NCBI GenBank assembly: GCA_907165135.1 | Contig: OU015569.1 | Location: 1,860,001-1,924,000 of the forward strand | Source of the DNA: Oikopleura dioica | Taxonomy: Eukaryota; Animalia; Chordata | DNA length: 64,000 nt | Direction: 5' to 3' | Shown: piece by piece, positions 23,787 to 37,820 of the stretch | Layout: every line of letters starts with the position of its first letter | Position numbering within the stretch: position 1 is the stretch's first letter | Translations under genes and position numbers: made by a program | Notes under the pieces: model-generated | What the model saw: only the letters and a program-made list of their open reading frames with translations | Told to the model about the DNA's origin: nothing | The model's database searches: none

Positions 23787-24309
23787 GTAGAATCGACGTG
23801 AAATTTTCCAATTTCTCCAAAAAAGAAAAAAATAACCTCCGACGATGCCTCAGCACAGATACTTTACTGTACTTCCGATTCAAAGTTCAAAACCTTTTTT
23901 CCCAAAGTTTACCTTTTTATTTTAATTTTTCACTTTCAGAAGCCATCTTACAATCGCGTTTTTGGCCCTAATAGTTTTCATTATTATTTCCCTTTAACAC
24001 TCTATTTATTTATTCAAATGACCCTAGCTGGGGAGAAGACTGTAAAGAAAAGGCTTTTAAACCGAACGAACCTGCCACCAATTAGAATATCAATAAATAT
24101 TATCAAACAAATAAACTTCTTTATGTCTTTTTGAAACTTGGCTGAAGACATAGAAGAAGAAATTTCAAAAGGCCAGGAATAGTTATCTTCGTAGTCTGGA
24201 GTTAAGAAATTCTTAATAATATATTATATATCATTTGCAGTTATTAATGAAATTATAAAAAGCGTGTTGATGGAAAATCATCGAGGAAAAGTTTTCTTGA
24301 CTTTCGAAA

Positions 24310-26417
24310 GTCAACGATAAATGCCGAGCTTTTCGAGAAACTGGCTCGAAAAATCAAAACTCGCATTTCTCTTCTTTCGAGATTGGACCAAAGTCAGTCC
24401 GCTTTTTGACTTCAGAAGAGCAGTTTGAAAGTTTTTGTGACGAGATGAGTTTGCTGAAAAAGAGACCGAAACTCAAAGGAACAGGGGAGTTACTAGCATC
24501 TTACTGTAGTAAATGCATTACGGCTTGTGATGAGTATGTAATCAATTGAAAGAGGACGCTTGAATTTTCGTTTGTGACCTCGATTGAAAGATGAAAAGGC
24601 AGCAAGGACTCAAGAAGAGCCAGTGATCCCTTCATCTGCGCCTGAAGTTCGGCAGATACCGAGCGAAATTATGTCCATCGACGTTTCTGGTTTGACTATG
24701 AAAGAGGCGGTGGAGCTACGAACGGACCAGTACAATCAATTGGTCAAAAGTACAGGCGATTTGTGAGTCACTAGTCATTTTCCCGATTTGCCAATGTGTA
24801 ACTTTGCTTTTAGGAATATCTTCGATTGCGCTCTAGAAATCGCCAACGAACGGGCGGATCTGACTCGTCAGCTTGAAACCGTGCAAGAAGACGTGCTCAA
24901 GGAAGACGTCTCGATCGGTACGAACGTGCCACTGTTTTTCATTCCTGATCGTTTTTTTCTAGCGGCGAAGGCGATTCAAATGGTAGACGCTCCCTTTCTT
25001 CTTGAAAAACAGCCTTCGATCAAAGAAGAAGATCTCCAGAAACTCGCTGCTTCTGCTGATTCGGCCCGAGCTGCTTTTAATTGGCGCGCAGATCAATTGA
25101 AAGGTATTTAAGACTCTGTAAATTATCGCTACATGAATTTTAGAATTGGAAAAGAAAGCAGATGAAAACTTCTCGGAGCAGCGGGAAAAGATCCGAGAAG
25201 AAAGCCGCGAACTGCGAAAGCAGACGGAAGAGATTTGGGAGCAAATCAGACGAGAGGACGATGCCGCCATTCAGGTCTTCAGAGGTGGACCAGGAGAGGA
25301 AGATGAAGAGGATGACTTTGGAATTGGCGAGGAAGAGTTTCGAGAAATCAACGAAATGCTTGAGGGTCTCAAGTTAGATACGGCGGTAAGACAATTAATC
25401 AAGATACATTTTTTATAAAAATTATAATTGCTAAATATATTTTGCAGGAAATTCGAGCGCGCCAAGAGGCGGAAAAGGAAGAAATGATGCGGTCGTTGGA
25501 GCAAACGCGAGTCAAGACAACGCAAAATGAAAAGATCGCGTCGCTCAAGATCGAAAAAGCGGAAAAGATGTTGGCGGAGAAAAGAGCGAAGGATGACGCG
25601 CTGAATGCGGAGATTGAGACGCTCGAGCGAGAGATTGCGGCTGAGGAGATGGTTTTCCAAACTGAAAGGTAGTTTACTTTGCTCGAAGTTAATGAGTACT
25701 ATTTTTGCAACTTTCAGGGAGAAAATAGTGCGCTTAGATGAAGAAGAAAGGGCGCTAGCCGATGACATCGCCCGACAACAAGAGGAAAGCGACGAGCTTG
25801 ATAAGCAAATCGCAGAACTCTCCAAAGTCCTTGAGGAGCAGAATGCGCTGCTCTCCCAGGAAATGGCTGAGAACGATGCCCTTGCTAAGAAAGAAGTCGA
25901 TTTGGAGAAGGAAGTTGCTGACTTAAAAAATGAGTATTCTGCAGCGCAAAACTCCATGTCGATCGGCTGGACGAACTCGATCACGCTCAGACGGGAAATC
26001 ACCGCCGGCAAGGATGATTTGGCTAGGATTTCTGAAGAATGGAAGGCGGCTGAGGAGGAGAAGGAAAAATCGAGAATGGAGCTGGAACAAAAGGTCAACC
26101 TTTTCCAAGGTAATTTTTAAAACCAAAATGGATAAGCAGTGATTATCGTTAAGAGTTGGAGAAGAAAGTCGCTTCTGAGGAGGCTTCGCTCGCGAGTGGC
26201 AAGAAAGAGCTAGAATTGGCGAAAGAAAAGTGTTCCAAATTGGGCGAAGAAAATCAAGTCGCTGAAGATTCCGCCGCTGAGCTCGACGATAACATCAAAA
26301 AGTAAGTTTTATCCTTTACTTAAAAAGTAATTTTGAATAAGGCTCACTTCTGATGTTGACCAACTCGTCGAGAAGCAGAAGCAATATGAAGCTCTTCTTG
26401 TCCCCGAAGATAATTGA
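24310..26417 (+). CDS. Multi-exon long coiled-coil protein of unknown identity
   Basis: E/K/L-rich heptad-like ORFs 25146-25418, 25442-25672 and 25605-26120 join in frame through canonical GT-AG introns. Stop at 26415-26417; 5' end uncertain. Confidence 0.65.
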
Positions 26418-26609
26418 TACAAAATACTAGTTTGAATGTCAATAAAGAAGATATCATACAATTTTCTCTGTCTGTTTGTCTTCCTCAATGATTTCGATAA
26501 CTTGTTTATCTCCTTTCTATTTCTTTTTGTTACAATTGCAACCGATTATTATTTGTTTGAAAACTCGCAGTGATTATCAACATTGACCTAGTTTCAACCG
26601 CTCAAAACC

Positions 26610-27352
26610 ATGCGCGATTGCATCCTCGACGCCATCGTCCTCGAATGCGCCACCTACCTAGCTAATCCTCATCAAGATTCCGACCTCTTTTCATTGAATA
26701 AACTTAGTTGGACTTCGCGCAAGAATGAACAATTTTAGAGGTGAAAAGACGAACTTAGATTCCACTAGATGAAAATCTCAGAGAGCTAAGCAACTTGAAG
26801 ACCGCCATTTTATTTTGCAGGTCAGACTCGTTCTCGAGAAAAAACTTTACCTAGATTTTTTTTCAGCAATATTTGCTAGAGAAAAAAAAGGAACCAGAAA
26901 TGATCGCTATTTATAAATTATTTAAAGAGGGCACTTTAGATGAAAACAACAATGAAAAAGGTAAAACAAAGAGAATTGCATACAATTATTAACGATTTTT
27001 AGACTACCAAAAATGGGTCTACCTAAAATGGGAAAAAGAAACGACCGACATTGAACACTCTTTGGGAATTCTCGACAAGCTTCGATCATTGGAAAGCAAA
27101 CTTGCCCAAGTGATCAAGGTAGGCATCTCTACTTGGGCTTAAAAAGTCAGATGTTATTCATCCATTTAGAACATCAAGAAACGACTGGATAATTTCGAGG
27201 ACAAAGTCTTTTTCGGAATCTGGAAGGCAGACGACATAATCATCAAATGGGAGAAGAGAAAGCTTGAAAGCGCTCTTGAGGAACAAATTGCTCTCGCGAA
27301 GGATATTCAGAAGTTGGAAAGCGATCTTTTCCGTTTGCTCAATGTCGCATAA
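26610..27352 (+). CDS. Small multi-exon gene of unknown function
   Basis: Short helical-looking exons separated by GT-AG introns (~26960-27002, ~27120-27168); stop 27350-27352. Confidence 0.35.
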
Positions 27353-27592
27353 TTTTACTTTCTTCAAAACTGTTCACAAACTTTAACACTGCAAAAAATT
27401 CGTAAAACAAATAAAAATTCATAAAATCCGAGAAAAACTCACTTCAATTCTCTTCCAGCAGGGGTCCTCCGCTCCGCGTGGGAAAAAGTCCTCATCTAAA
27501 ATCGGCGCGCGCAGAATTATTTCTAGATGAAAACCGGGTGATGTTTATGATTTGAGAGAAGACTTACAGTAACTGCCAGTAAAACGCGAGAA

Positions 27593-30500
27593 ATGACGAA
27601 ACGAATAAAAGTGCACGAGGAAGGTAATGTGGGTATCAGCTTTGAGGCTGGCAGATTGCTCACGTGGGGAGATTCCCTGGTCAAGGCGTGGCCCAAAGGA
27701 TTGGAAAATGAAGCTGAGGAGTTGGAATGCTTCGGCGACGTCCGACATGCCCTTTCTATCAAGCATGAAAATAAGATTTATGGTAATAGTCCTTTTAAAA
27801 CGCGTGAAGGACTGAAACTTTATTTTAGTTCACGTGACATCCGAAAGTGTCGACACTGAGACTTACGAGTGGCCTTCTTTGCTCGAGGATAAGAACTACA
27901 CTCTCTTCCGCTTTACCTGCGACATCGGCTGCATTGCCTCGCTCAAGAACGCGGAGTCCATCCAAGCAGCAGCCGGAGCCGGCGATTTCAAGGTTAAATG
28001 GAAAGACCTTCAACGGCAAAGAGAAGTGACTCTTGAAGGACACGATGCGCCTATCCTGAGCGTTGCCATTGATCCTAGAGGCAAGCTAGTATGTTCAAGC
28101 TCCTGCGACGGCTTCCTCAAAATCTGGGACTTATCAAAGGCCGAATGCATCTTCAACGAAAAGCTATTCTTCAGATCCAGCGACATCGAACACGCCAAGT
28201 GCTCGGCCAAGCTCGAGTTTGAGCCAAGAAGCGGAGAACTGCTCGCCGTTCTTGTCGAAAAGGGCGCCAAGATCTTCAATCGTTCGGACAACACTCTCCT
28301 CCACGACATTGAAGAGCCAGAAGTTCCGAAAACCCTCGCTTGGTCCAAGTGTGGCAGCGTTTTGGCCATCGCTCTCAAGACTGTGGTTAATTTTTATGAC
28401 ACAAAAAGGCAAGTTCGAGAGATAAAAATGAATTTTACATAAAACCATAGTTTCTCAAAAATCCACGAAATCTGCTCCGAAGAAAACTCTCCAATTTCCG
28501 GCATTTGCTTCACGGACAAAAGCGTTTTGATCGCCGAAAAGTCTGGAACGCTTATTTCAACCCCAACGAGCGATTTCATCACAAAAGAAATGAAAGGAAA
28601 GTCTTCTTCGCTGCCCAAACCAGTCGCGAAAATCGTCTCAGAAGAATCAGTCGCTATGTCTGTCGACGATGAAGAAAGTAGGAACAACCAATTCCTCGAC
28701 GAGGAAGCTGGAGAAGCTGGAGAGGAGGAGGAAGTGGACGATCTTGAAGCGCTCTGGGACGAAGATGCAAAATCCGAGACGGATGAGAAAGCGAATGAAG
28801 AGGGAGCGATGGAGTTCGACGAGGATTCCAACAACGCGGTCAGTCTCAACGCTGTTAGGGACAGCGTCCCTATGGATAAGCCAAGAGAATACTCTGATGG
28901 CGAAGACGATGATTTAGCTGGAGCGATCTATGAAGGCCCGCAGCCCTCGCAGATGCAAAAAGCATTCCAGCCAGGCGAGAGTCCAAATTACAATGCCAGC
29001 AGGTACCTGTGCTGGAATTCGACGGGAATCATCAAAGGAATGATCGACGAGCAGCGGGGCATTTCTACGATCATCATCGAGTTTCATGACGTGTCCGTTC
29101 ATCACTCAGTCCAGCTTGCCAATCAACACGATTTTGTTCTCGGCGATATGTCGGAACAAGGTAGATCATCAGTTAAGTATTGCTTTCATTTCTGATTTTA
29201 GCGATTATTCTCGCTTCGAAAGGTGAGCTCGAAGGCGAAGATAGAAAGAAATCAATCGTCAAAGTGATGAATTTCAAATCCTGGTGGGACAAAAACCGAG
29301 AATGGCAAGTCGAGCTTGCTAGAAGAGAAATCGCAGAGGTAGTCTGTGCTTCTACTGATTCCGTGGCTGTCGGAACCAGTGCTCGGTGAGTTTTAACTTC
29401 TTGAAACTCTCTTCTCAGATTTTATTACAGAAACATCCGGATGTTCTCGCATGCAGGTGCTCAAATCAGGCTGGTTACCGTTCCCGGTCCAATTGTAACG
29501 ATGTCGTCGAATCTCGAGCAACTATTTTATGTTTACCATCGACATCAAGGATTCGAAGGAGATCAATACATGGCATGTGGAACCATCGCAAGCAGAAGAA
29601 TCGGGAAGAAGCGACGAACAGCAAACATTCCCAGCGATGTTGCAATTTCCCCAGGAGCGAAACTGGCATGGGTAGGCTTTACCGACGAGGGAACGCCAGC
29701 TACATACGACACGACAGGCATCGTTCGAATTGGTAAGAATATCTATTAGAAAATTAAATATTATATTTTTTCAGTTGGTTGGGCTGATCGTCAATGGTTC
29801 CCGATCGCGAACATGACTACGATCAAAAAGAATTTCAAGACGGTCGACTGGTGGTACATGATTTCGATCAACGAAGGAAACAAAGAGATCGCAGCCGTAC
29901 ATTGCGAAAATGCAACCTATCCTGAGGTGCATCCGAGGCCCGAAGTTCACGTGATGAGGATAAACATGCCCCTAGTTAATCCGAAGACGGACATTTCTAT
30001 CCAAGAATCTGAATTGGTATGTTTGCCGTTTATCCAAATGATGATTTTGTTTTTAGATGATAAATGCAAATATCACAGGCACGATCGACTCTTTGAAAAA
30101 ACGTGGATATGACAACGACGACGAGATGGAAGAGCTCGTCCAGAAGCAGATCACGAAGGGCATTCTAAAGCTATTGCTCGGAGCGATTATTCAGGATGCC
30201 GATGATCGCGGCTATGAGATTTGCAAATTGTTGGAGCATCCGGGGCAGATTCAGATGGCCGTGCGACTCGCCAACAATAAGGTTTGATTTTGTTGAGATA
30301 GAATGAGGTTGAAAAACGAATCTTAGGGACGAATAAAACTGGCGGAAAGACTGAACGATCTGGCGAGAAAACGGGCGGAAGAAGACGATAGCTCTTCTGA
30401 GGAAGAAGAAGAAGAAGAGGATGAAAACGAGGATGAAGACGCGGTGGAAGAAATCGAGGAGGAAGAAGTCGTCGAGCAAGGGATTCCAGACGAAGGAATA

Positions 30501-31059
30501 GCCAACGAAGTCAGCCAAGATGGTTCTACAAGTAATTGAAGCTGTTATTGTCGAGTTACTGAGCTTGAAATTAAGTTTCGAACGTGTCGACCACGCAGGG
30601 AAGCACTCAGGAGTCACGAGAAGCTGAAGGAGATGCAAGAGCTGCGGAAGAGAGACTTGCGAGACAGAAGGCGCGCAATCCCTTTGCGCAAACGAGCACA
30701 GAGGACGATAAAGAGAATGACAAAACCACGCTTGACGAACTGCCAAAGTCGGAGGCCCAAAGATCGAAGCCAAAGACTATGAAAGACAAACTCGCCAGAT
30801 TCAGGTAAAAGAGACGCAATGAAACATTTGCGAAGTGGTTTTTAGAAGCAAGCAGAAAGCCTCTGGAGCTGCGGCGAAGTCTTCGAAGATTCAGTCCAAG
30901 ATCGCCTTCGGCAAGCGGAAAGAGCTGTCCACAGAAGAGCCAGCGACAAAAAAGCTCAAGGCCTCGGCATTAGAAGCCAGCAGTGACAACGCGAGCGGAT
31001 CAGCTGTCTCTACCTCGATGGCGATGGATGATTTCGCCGCTGGGTCTGATTCTGATTAA
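27593..31059 (+). CDS. WDHD1: WD repeat and HMG-box DNA-binding protein 1 (AND-1/Ctf4)
   Basis: N-terminal WD40 (LEGHDAPILSVAIDPRGKLVCSSSCDGFLKIWDL) and an acidic linker. The SepB/Ctf4 domain start GPQPSQMQKAFQPGESP...YLCWNSTGII...IEFHDVSVHH matches AND-1. Exons join in frame (one GC-AG intron). I did not recognise an HMG box. Confidence 0.85.
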
Positions 31060-31386
31060 ATTCTACTTTAGAGAAAAATTCTAGTTCACATTTATCACTG
31101 CCTTTATCAATAAAGTCCATCAGCCTCAATACACAAACAAGCAAATTCGAGACATTTGAAAGTTTGCCCAATATTCGTTTTTTTTAATTTTAGTTTTCTG
31201 CTCAATTCTAGTAAATCAGGGTCTCCTTTTTTTATCTTTCTTGTAATACCGCGGTAGATGTCATGCTATTCTGCCAGAAACAAAAGAATAAGACGAAAAA
31301 TTGTTAATAATTTATTTTGTAAACTTCGCTTTACAAAATAATCTCGTCGGAACAGTTACATCCATCATTCTGACTGCAGATGCGAT

Positions 31387-32136
31387 TCATTCTGTAGCAG
31401 CCTCCCGTTTCCAAGATATCTTCCCTTTCTGTCCACGCGAAAGAATGTTGCTTCTTTTTTCACTCAGTGAGAGCCTTTTCTCGAAGTTTTGCAGCGTTCT
31501 CGCGCAGTTCGTCAGGTTTGATTTGGGCTCCCATGTTGCTGACTCAAGTGGCCATCCTTTCCAGAGCACATGATATTGAATTACTCCGTTGCTGGATCGC
31601 CGCTTTCCCATGATCTCCTGGACTTCCCATTCTTTCTCCGAATCTGCTTTCTTTTTCGTTTCCTTTGTCGAATGCTTGGTTTCGTCTTTGTATTCAGTTT
31701 TCATCCGCTCAGCTTCATCAAACAACTGATTCTCGTCAATATCCTCAGCGTAGTAATTGAGTTCTCGTTTTTTCGCGGCGCGTTCTCGTCCTTGATTTTG
31801 TCGGATGTTTTCACCCCTCTCTTCCTTTACTTGAGTCTTCTTATCTTCGAAACGCGTTGGAGTAACCTTAACTACATTTTGAAGTAGGTGCTTGTCTTTC
31901 CACGGCACATATCGTTTTTTATAAGAGAGGCTATCGTCCTTTTCAAGCTTATCATCCGGGCTAAATTTCGTATGTATGATCGTGAAAACGTATCCCTGAA
32001 TGAAATCGTTTATAAATAATTATTCTTCAAAAGTTAAATTGACCTTGGAGTAGATGAAGTTATTGACAATATTTTCATCTTCCGAAATAAAATCCGCCAC
32101 TTTGGGCTTTCGTCTTTTTTCAATCTTCCTTCTCAT
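31387..32136 (-). CDS. Chromodomain-containing protein
   Basis: EWEVQEIMGKRRSSNGVIQYHVLWKGWPLESATWEPKSNLTNC, with aromatic-cage residues. An upstream exon joins in frame through a GT-AG intron. Confidence 0.85.
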
Positions 32137-32611
32137 CGTTTTGTTCCTCGAAAAATTCTCTTCCAAGCGTAAAGCGTGAAAAATTGTGGCTTCGGAAAAG
32201 AAATTTCGCTTGCAACGCAAACTTAAGAACAACGGCCCTTATTTTTGTCTGAAAAAAGTCTTCCAGACATCCTCAAAAGTTTTTTTCTACATTCAAAAAG
32301 CGCCATCAAAAGTGCGTCCAAGATTGGGAGTTACGCGTACTCAATAGCCTTTCGAGAATCAGTCGGAACGAGTCGAAAAAAACTCACTTGCTTCAAAGGA
32401 AAACCAATCAGTCCGCTTTGTTACACGTGAAGTTTCCTTTTTTTCTTTTTTTTTTTTTGAAAATGATGAATTTTTCAACTGAGGATCATGACCGAGGCAG
32501 GAAAAGAGAAAAGCGAAAAACGCAGGTAAAACCTTCTGAATTACTACTGTATTCTACGGTTACTGTAGCATGAAGAGACGTACATGACAGATTTGGAGGG
32601 GATTCTGACAG

Positions 32612-33684
32612 ATGGAGGAGAGTTTTCGTCTCAAAAACGACTCAAAATATCGCAAAGTTTCAAGAAGGAAGGGCTCTGAAAATACTTCTTGTGTAATAAT
32701 TTAATTATAACGTAATGTCAGAGTAAAAAAACGTAATTGTAAGAGCCAACAAAGACACAAAACGAGCAGAAATCACCCTCCGGAATCCCGTCCAGAAGTC
32801 CTCCTTCAAGACTCATTCAGGGTGCGCCTCGACAGTCCCAAAAGAAGACATCAAAATCAGGATTTTTACTGGAGAAGTACCTTTCGCCAGAAGCCATAAT
32901 AGTCTGTCGAAAATGCGCCAAGAGGGTTGATCCAAGACAGGACATTGCCAAGACTGTGGACATTCTAGAGCGCGAGTTCACTGTTTCTAACTGCACAAAA
33001 GTGCTTTGCAGAACATGTAAGTGATTGACTTTTTAGAGTAAACTTTCTGACACCGTTTTTCTTTCAGGTAGTGAGAGAGCTCAATCGAAACGAGAAAGCT
33101 GCATGAGACACTGTTTTGTGGAAAAATGCGAGAGGCATCCGTTGATCGAGTTTTTCATCCCGCTTTACTGCGACTGGAAAACTGTCTACCAGCCAAGGAA
33201 ATGTCAGCTACAATCAAGCACTGTTGTGACGAAGCAAATCGAGCGCGAACGAGAAAATGTCAAATTTAGCTACCAAAATTTGCAAAGAGATTCGAGAAAG
33301 ACGCAGCAAGAAATCCATCTGCACCAGAAGATTCAAAATGAATTGATGGCAAAGGAACAGGTCGCAATTACAGTATGATTAGTATTTTTCCGCAAGTAAA
33401 GATCTGATAACAGGAACGCATGTTTTCCGAAAATCTGGAAAAAGCATTCAAGGACAATAATGTTGTCGAGCAGAGAATCGCCCAGAGCAACCGATACATC
33501 CAAACCTCATCAGAACTCTCTGTAAAGCTTTCTCAATGACAGTATAACGAGTTACCGGTATATTTAGAAGCAGAGCGACATGGTACAGGAGCGAAGCAAC
33601 TATCTGACAAAGAAACTCAAAGAGGCTACCAATTTCAAAATGTCGCTTTTGGAACGGATCAAGTCGATGAACATCAACTTTTAG
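32612..33684 (+). CDS. Cys/His-rich (B-box-like) plus coiled-coil protein
   Basis: CRKC...CRTC|...CMRHCFVEKCERH...C followed by a Q/E/K-rich helix; GT-AG introns. Start uncertain. Confidence 0.4.
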
Positions 33685-33723
33685 ATGAGTTTATTTACTG
33701 CGACAATGTACAATAATAAACAA

Positions 33724-33981
33724 TCATATATACGGCATTGTGGACTTTGATGAATAAACAATAGGGCATCGTGGCTGTTGAAAGGATTGAGTTGGTGGGT
33801 GTTGAATCTTTAAAATGGGATATCCGTGCCGCTTCCTAACGGGCTGTTCAGCTGGCACTAGAACGCTCTCCAAGGACCGCGGCGAGTACTCGTAGGCGAG
33901 CAGCATCGAGCCACTGATTTCTTGTAAAAAATTCATGCACTCGATATTCAATGTTTTGGGACCAGCCGGTCGAAGCTCCAT
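33724..33981 (-). CDS. Single-exon ORF of unknown function (85 aa)
   Basis: ORF length only; no motif. Confidence 0.2.
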   Translation of the reverse strand: MELRPAGPKTLNIECMNFLQEISGSMLLAYEYSPRSLESVLVPAEQPVRKRHGYPILKIQHPPTQSFQQPRCPIVYSSKSTMPYI

Positions 33982-34020
33982 CTTCCCATTTAGAAGTTTG
34001 CCCTTTTCGTTTTTGAGATT

Positions 34021-34798
34021 ATGAGAGGATTGCTGCTCCTCCTAATAAGTGCACTCGACGCAGGTACTTTCACGTAGAGAAAGGACAAGAGATTAAACTG
34101 GATTTAAGCGATCATTCGACAGACCATCTGCAAGAACAAGAATGAGATTGACTCGGCCTCTCTTTCCGTCAATTTTGTCCAAGTTAGCATTGACGGAAAA
34201 TCGCTCGAGAAGGTGACGAAGATTCCGCTACGAAGTGCAAATGAAATCACAGATGACAATCGCATTCTAGATCAGCGTAACTATCAACACATTTTTTCGG
34301 AAATCATTAATCTTCAATTCTAGCCGTAACAAATGTCGTCTTCGAGCTGCTTATAAGAATTGGTATGAAGAGTTCCTGGATCTAATCTATCATTTTGTCC
34401 ATTTTAGAAATCGTCTGGAATACTAGAAATACCGCAGATAGGCTGTGCTTGTCTGGCCTTGAAGTTAGAAAAATAGGACTACTCCAGGCACTGGTTAAAT
34501 TTCAAGTCATTTGATAATGATTTAGAATAAGTTTTTAATAAAAATTATTTAACCGTGCAAAAGCCGATCCAAATTTTGGATGAAGTTGACGGCCAAATTT
34601 ACCAGTTCGGCTGTCCTTTTACAGATTGCGTCAAACAGAAGACAAAGTTTCTGCCTCCACGGTTAAACTTTCCTTCGAACGGAACATTCTATTCAGGAAA
34701 TACTCGCCAAAGCTGACTCAGTTGAATACAGTCAAATTTATTAACAGTCTGGGTACTTGTGGGAACACATGTTCTACAGATGTAGTAGGTGACTAACT
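34021..34798 (+). CDS. Putative secreted protein of unknown function
   Basis: Signal-like MRGLLLLLISALDA followed by several exons joined in frame by ~45-55 nt GT-AG introns. Confidence 0.35.
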
Positions 34799-35111
34799 AA
34801 AACCCTTATTTTGGCAAGAATACAAATCGCAGAGTCCTGTCGAGCTAAAAAGGGCCTCTTGAATATTTTAATCAATCTCTAGAGCGCAAATGAGGGAGAA
34901 CGATTAACTTTATCGATTAAAGACTCAAATTAATCGAGCGCCGTACTTCCATCTTTTAACTCATCGGAACTTCTTTCTTTTGCCTGTAAAAAAAGAAATA
35001 AGAAAGCCACGCTGTTCTTCACTGTTCAGTCAAAAGGCTGTAGCTCAACATAAAATTGATTGTGGAACGTGTGTCGAGTAAGCAAAAGTCGTTTCCGTAA
35101 AACTGCGAAAT

Positions 35112-36125
35112 ATGACCGACGAAAATGACCTGAAGAGTGACACGGCGGTCGGAGAATCCATCGACAAGCTCAACCGTTACTTCGACAACCTGTTCGAAGA
35201 CGTGACAAATTTTGACGGGTCACGTGCAGCCGTTTTCCGTCCTTATTCGGGCTATCTCCTGGCAGATGTTGTCTTGACATTCACGGACTGGACAGATAAT
35301 TGGCGAATTGATTTGCAAAAGCCGTCCATCATGGACTCGATGAAAACTGCGCTAGGAAATGTCAATCATCATGTTCATGAATTTTCATAATGACATCAGA
35401 AGACGCCTGTTGTTTTCAAAAAGGCATTCTGAAATCATAGAAGAGTACTGGTGACATTCCAAAGAAACCTACGAGAACTCAGTGTCCATTGAAAACTTTC
35501 CTCAATACCACGAAATGGAAACAGCCCTAATTGCCCTCTTTCCGACGCTTACTTTTTGCGGTCTCATCTTTCCCGCGTTCATCAGTTTTAAACACGAGTC
35601 GGGCCCTAAGTATGCACCCACAAACTCTTTTTCCATCTTCTTCTTTCAGCGTGACTCGAGCGTAACCGATTTTAAGACGGTGTCGGCGTTGGCTTTTTAT
35701 GATTTTTACAGTTGTGGAGACTTATTTGGACGTTCGCGTTTGGCAGAAATTCGCAACAACTGGCATGACTCTGACTGGATACGATCCAACTATTTCTAAC
35801 TTGATGATATTTTTCACCTTCATGACTTTCTTAGTCCAACTTGTGAAGTTTAATCTGGCCGTCATCCCCCACATTAAAGGCCAGATTCGCAATCACATCA
35901 GAAATCGATATCTGCAGCAACTTGACTCTAATCTTTCTAAAAGCATACAGACGAGTTAAATTCGGCGACGACAAGTACAGTGTGGACACTACAAGAACTG
36001 TTTTTAAAATTGACAGCTTCACGGCAACGTTGTATATTTTCGGCCGAGTCCCGCTCTCGTTCATTGTCCATTTTTACCTTGTGAAAATGAAAGTTCCTCG
36101 TGCCATAGGAGCGGATATCAATTAA
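35112..36125 (+). CDS. Unidentified gene (overlapping ORF pieces)
   Basis: Four consecutive ORFs and a downstream AATAAA; exon chain not resolved. Confidence 0.3.
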
Positions 36126-36514
36126 TTGTTACAAAAATAATTTCAGGGCATTAATTATAATTTGCTAGAACAAATAAATTAAATCCGTGGATCAGGTTGA
36201 GTTTTGAATAAAAAGAAAATTAAAAGATAGCCACGAAAATTGCTTTGAGATAAACTCAAAAAAGTACCACGAGAACTAACTTGGAAGCTGATCTTTCACG
36301 TGCCAATCTACCTTTATCTCTTTTGGGTCGCTTATCAGAAGGTATTTTTAACGTCTGTCGTTATATCAATTTTTAATTTTAAAAAGGTTCGAAGAAGCAT
36401 CAAAGCGACACGAGATTGCAGACTGAAACCTTCCGCACAAGTCGGCAATCCCAACTGGCAATGGGTCTGTGAACCATCACGCACCACTTGCTGACCATAT
36501 TTTAGCTCCTTGGA

Positions 36515-37280
36515 ATGCCTTATTTTCTAGCTCCATTCTACTCCATCATGCTTGTTGCTGCAACAACAAGCTATCTTCAGATGGACGAAAAATCCCAGCT
36601 CTCCCTCAAAGGCTGCATTGTCGGCCAAGTAAACATCTGCTATCCGAAAGTTTTTTTAATAGCATATTTTCAGAACCCCGTCTCACAAAATCCGCTAAGT
36701 TTTCGCTGCCTCCGCGCGGTTGACTACGCAATTCTGATCTTCTTCTCGGTCTTTATGTTGTCTGGGCTGGTCATGTTCATCTTCAGAATCATCAATAAGC
36801 AGGTAATTATTTTACTTATCCGATAATTTCTTAACTTTTTTGAAAAAAAGATGGAGCTGCTCCCCGCGCTGAACGAGGAAAGTTACTCGAGAGGAAATCG
36901 TGCTCGCGCGCAGAAATCAAAGAGGACTCAGCCAGCCGAAGAAAGCAGCGAAAAAGTACCGTGAACTTGATAATTGACAATAATTGGTTTCAGACACAAG
37001 CGGCTGTGGTTTACGACGCAGCGAAAGAGACCTCATCGAAAGTCGTCACCAAAGCTGTTAAAAGTAGGAGTGGCTACAGTATAAAGAGTATCCAATCAAA
37101 CGGGTAAGGCCGTCCTGTTACAGTCGCACGCTAATGACGGACGTAGAACTCTTTTTACAGTGTATTCAGGTCCGAAGCTTCCCGCCTCCTCGACCAAGAA
37201 ACCGAACGAACTGAGAAGGAGTCATTCAAAAGTTTTTGATGTGCCCAATTTACCTCAAAAAGTCAAATACCTTACCTGAC
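36515..37280 (+). CDS. Putative single-pass membrane protein
   Basis: N-terminal hydrophobic segment, short Cys-containing ectodomain, TM segment YAILIFFSVFMLSGLVMFIF, and a charged tail over several short exons. Confidence 0.3.
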
Positions 37281-37820
37281 CTTCTTAACAACTGCCTCTC
37301 TGACCCTACCATCGAATCAGCATAATTATGTACATTTGTTACTGTAAATAACACGCATAATAAACGCAATGGGAAAATGAATGTGGCGCATTTCACAGAA
37401 AGACAACGTTTAACATAAGCCAAGTGGTCATTGTTTGAGCTTTGTTTATACGTTAGAACGTCATGAATGTAAACAACGCAACTACTCTGATTTTCAAAAC
37501 AGCGCCTTCATCTTAAATTTTTCCTAATATTTTTTTCGCCACATACACGCGGTCAAGAAATTCCAGGATAAAAAAAAGGATTGCTCGAAAAGAAGAATGC
37601 CAGCTGAAAATGAGACTAAAAGCTCTCAAAATATGCTAAAAAAGGAATCGAACTTCTGGATACTAAAAATTCCGCGGATTACAAATTCATCACTGGACAA
37701 AAAAACGCGATTCCGATAAGAAAAGCGAGCTCGTTAAAATTTTCCATTGTTTCCAGCGAAACACAACAAACCGTAAAAACCCGATGGGCCCTACTTCTGA
37801 ATTGAAATGAAGAGTTTCTG

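Noticed and set aside
25271-26098. 275-aa minus-strand ORF, and similar antisense ORFs at 21523-21996, 28394-28849 and 54708-55142
   Set aside because: Antisense shadows of genuine plus- or minus-strand exons with biased codon content; no independent motifs.
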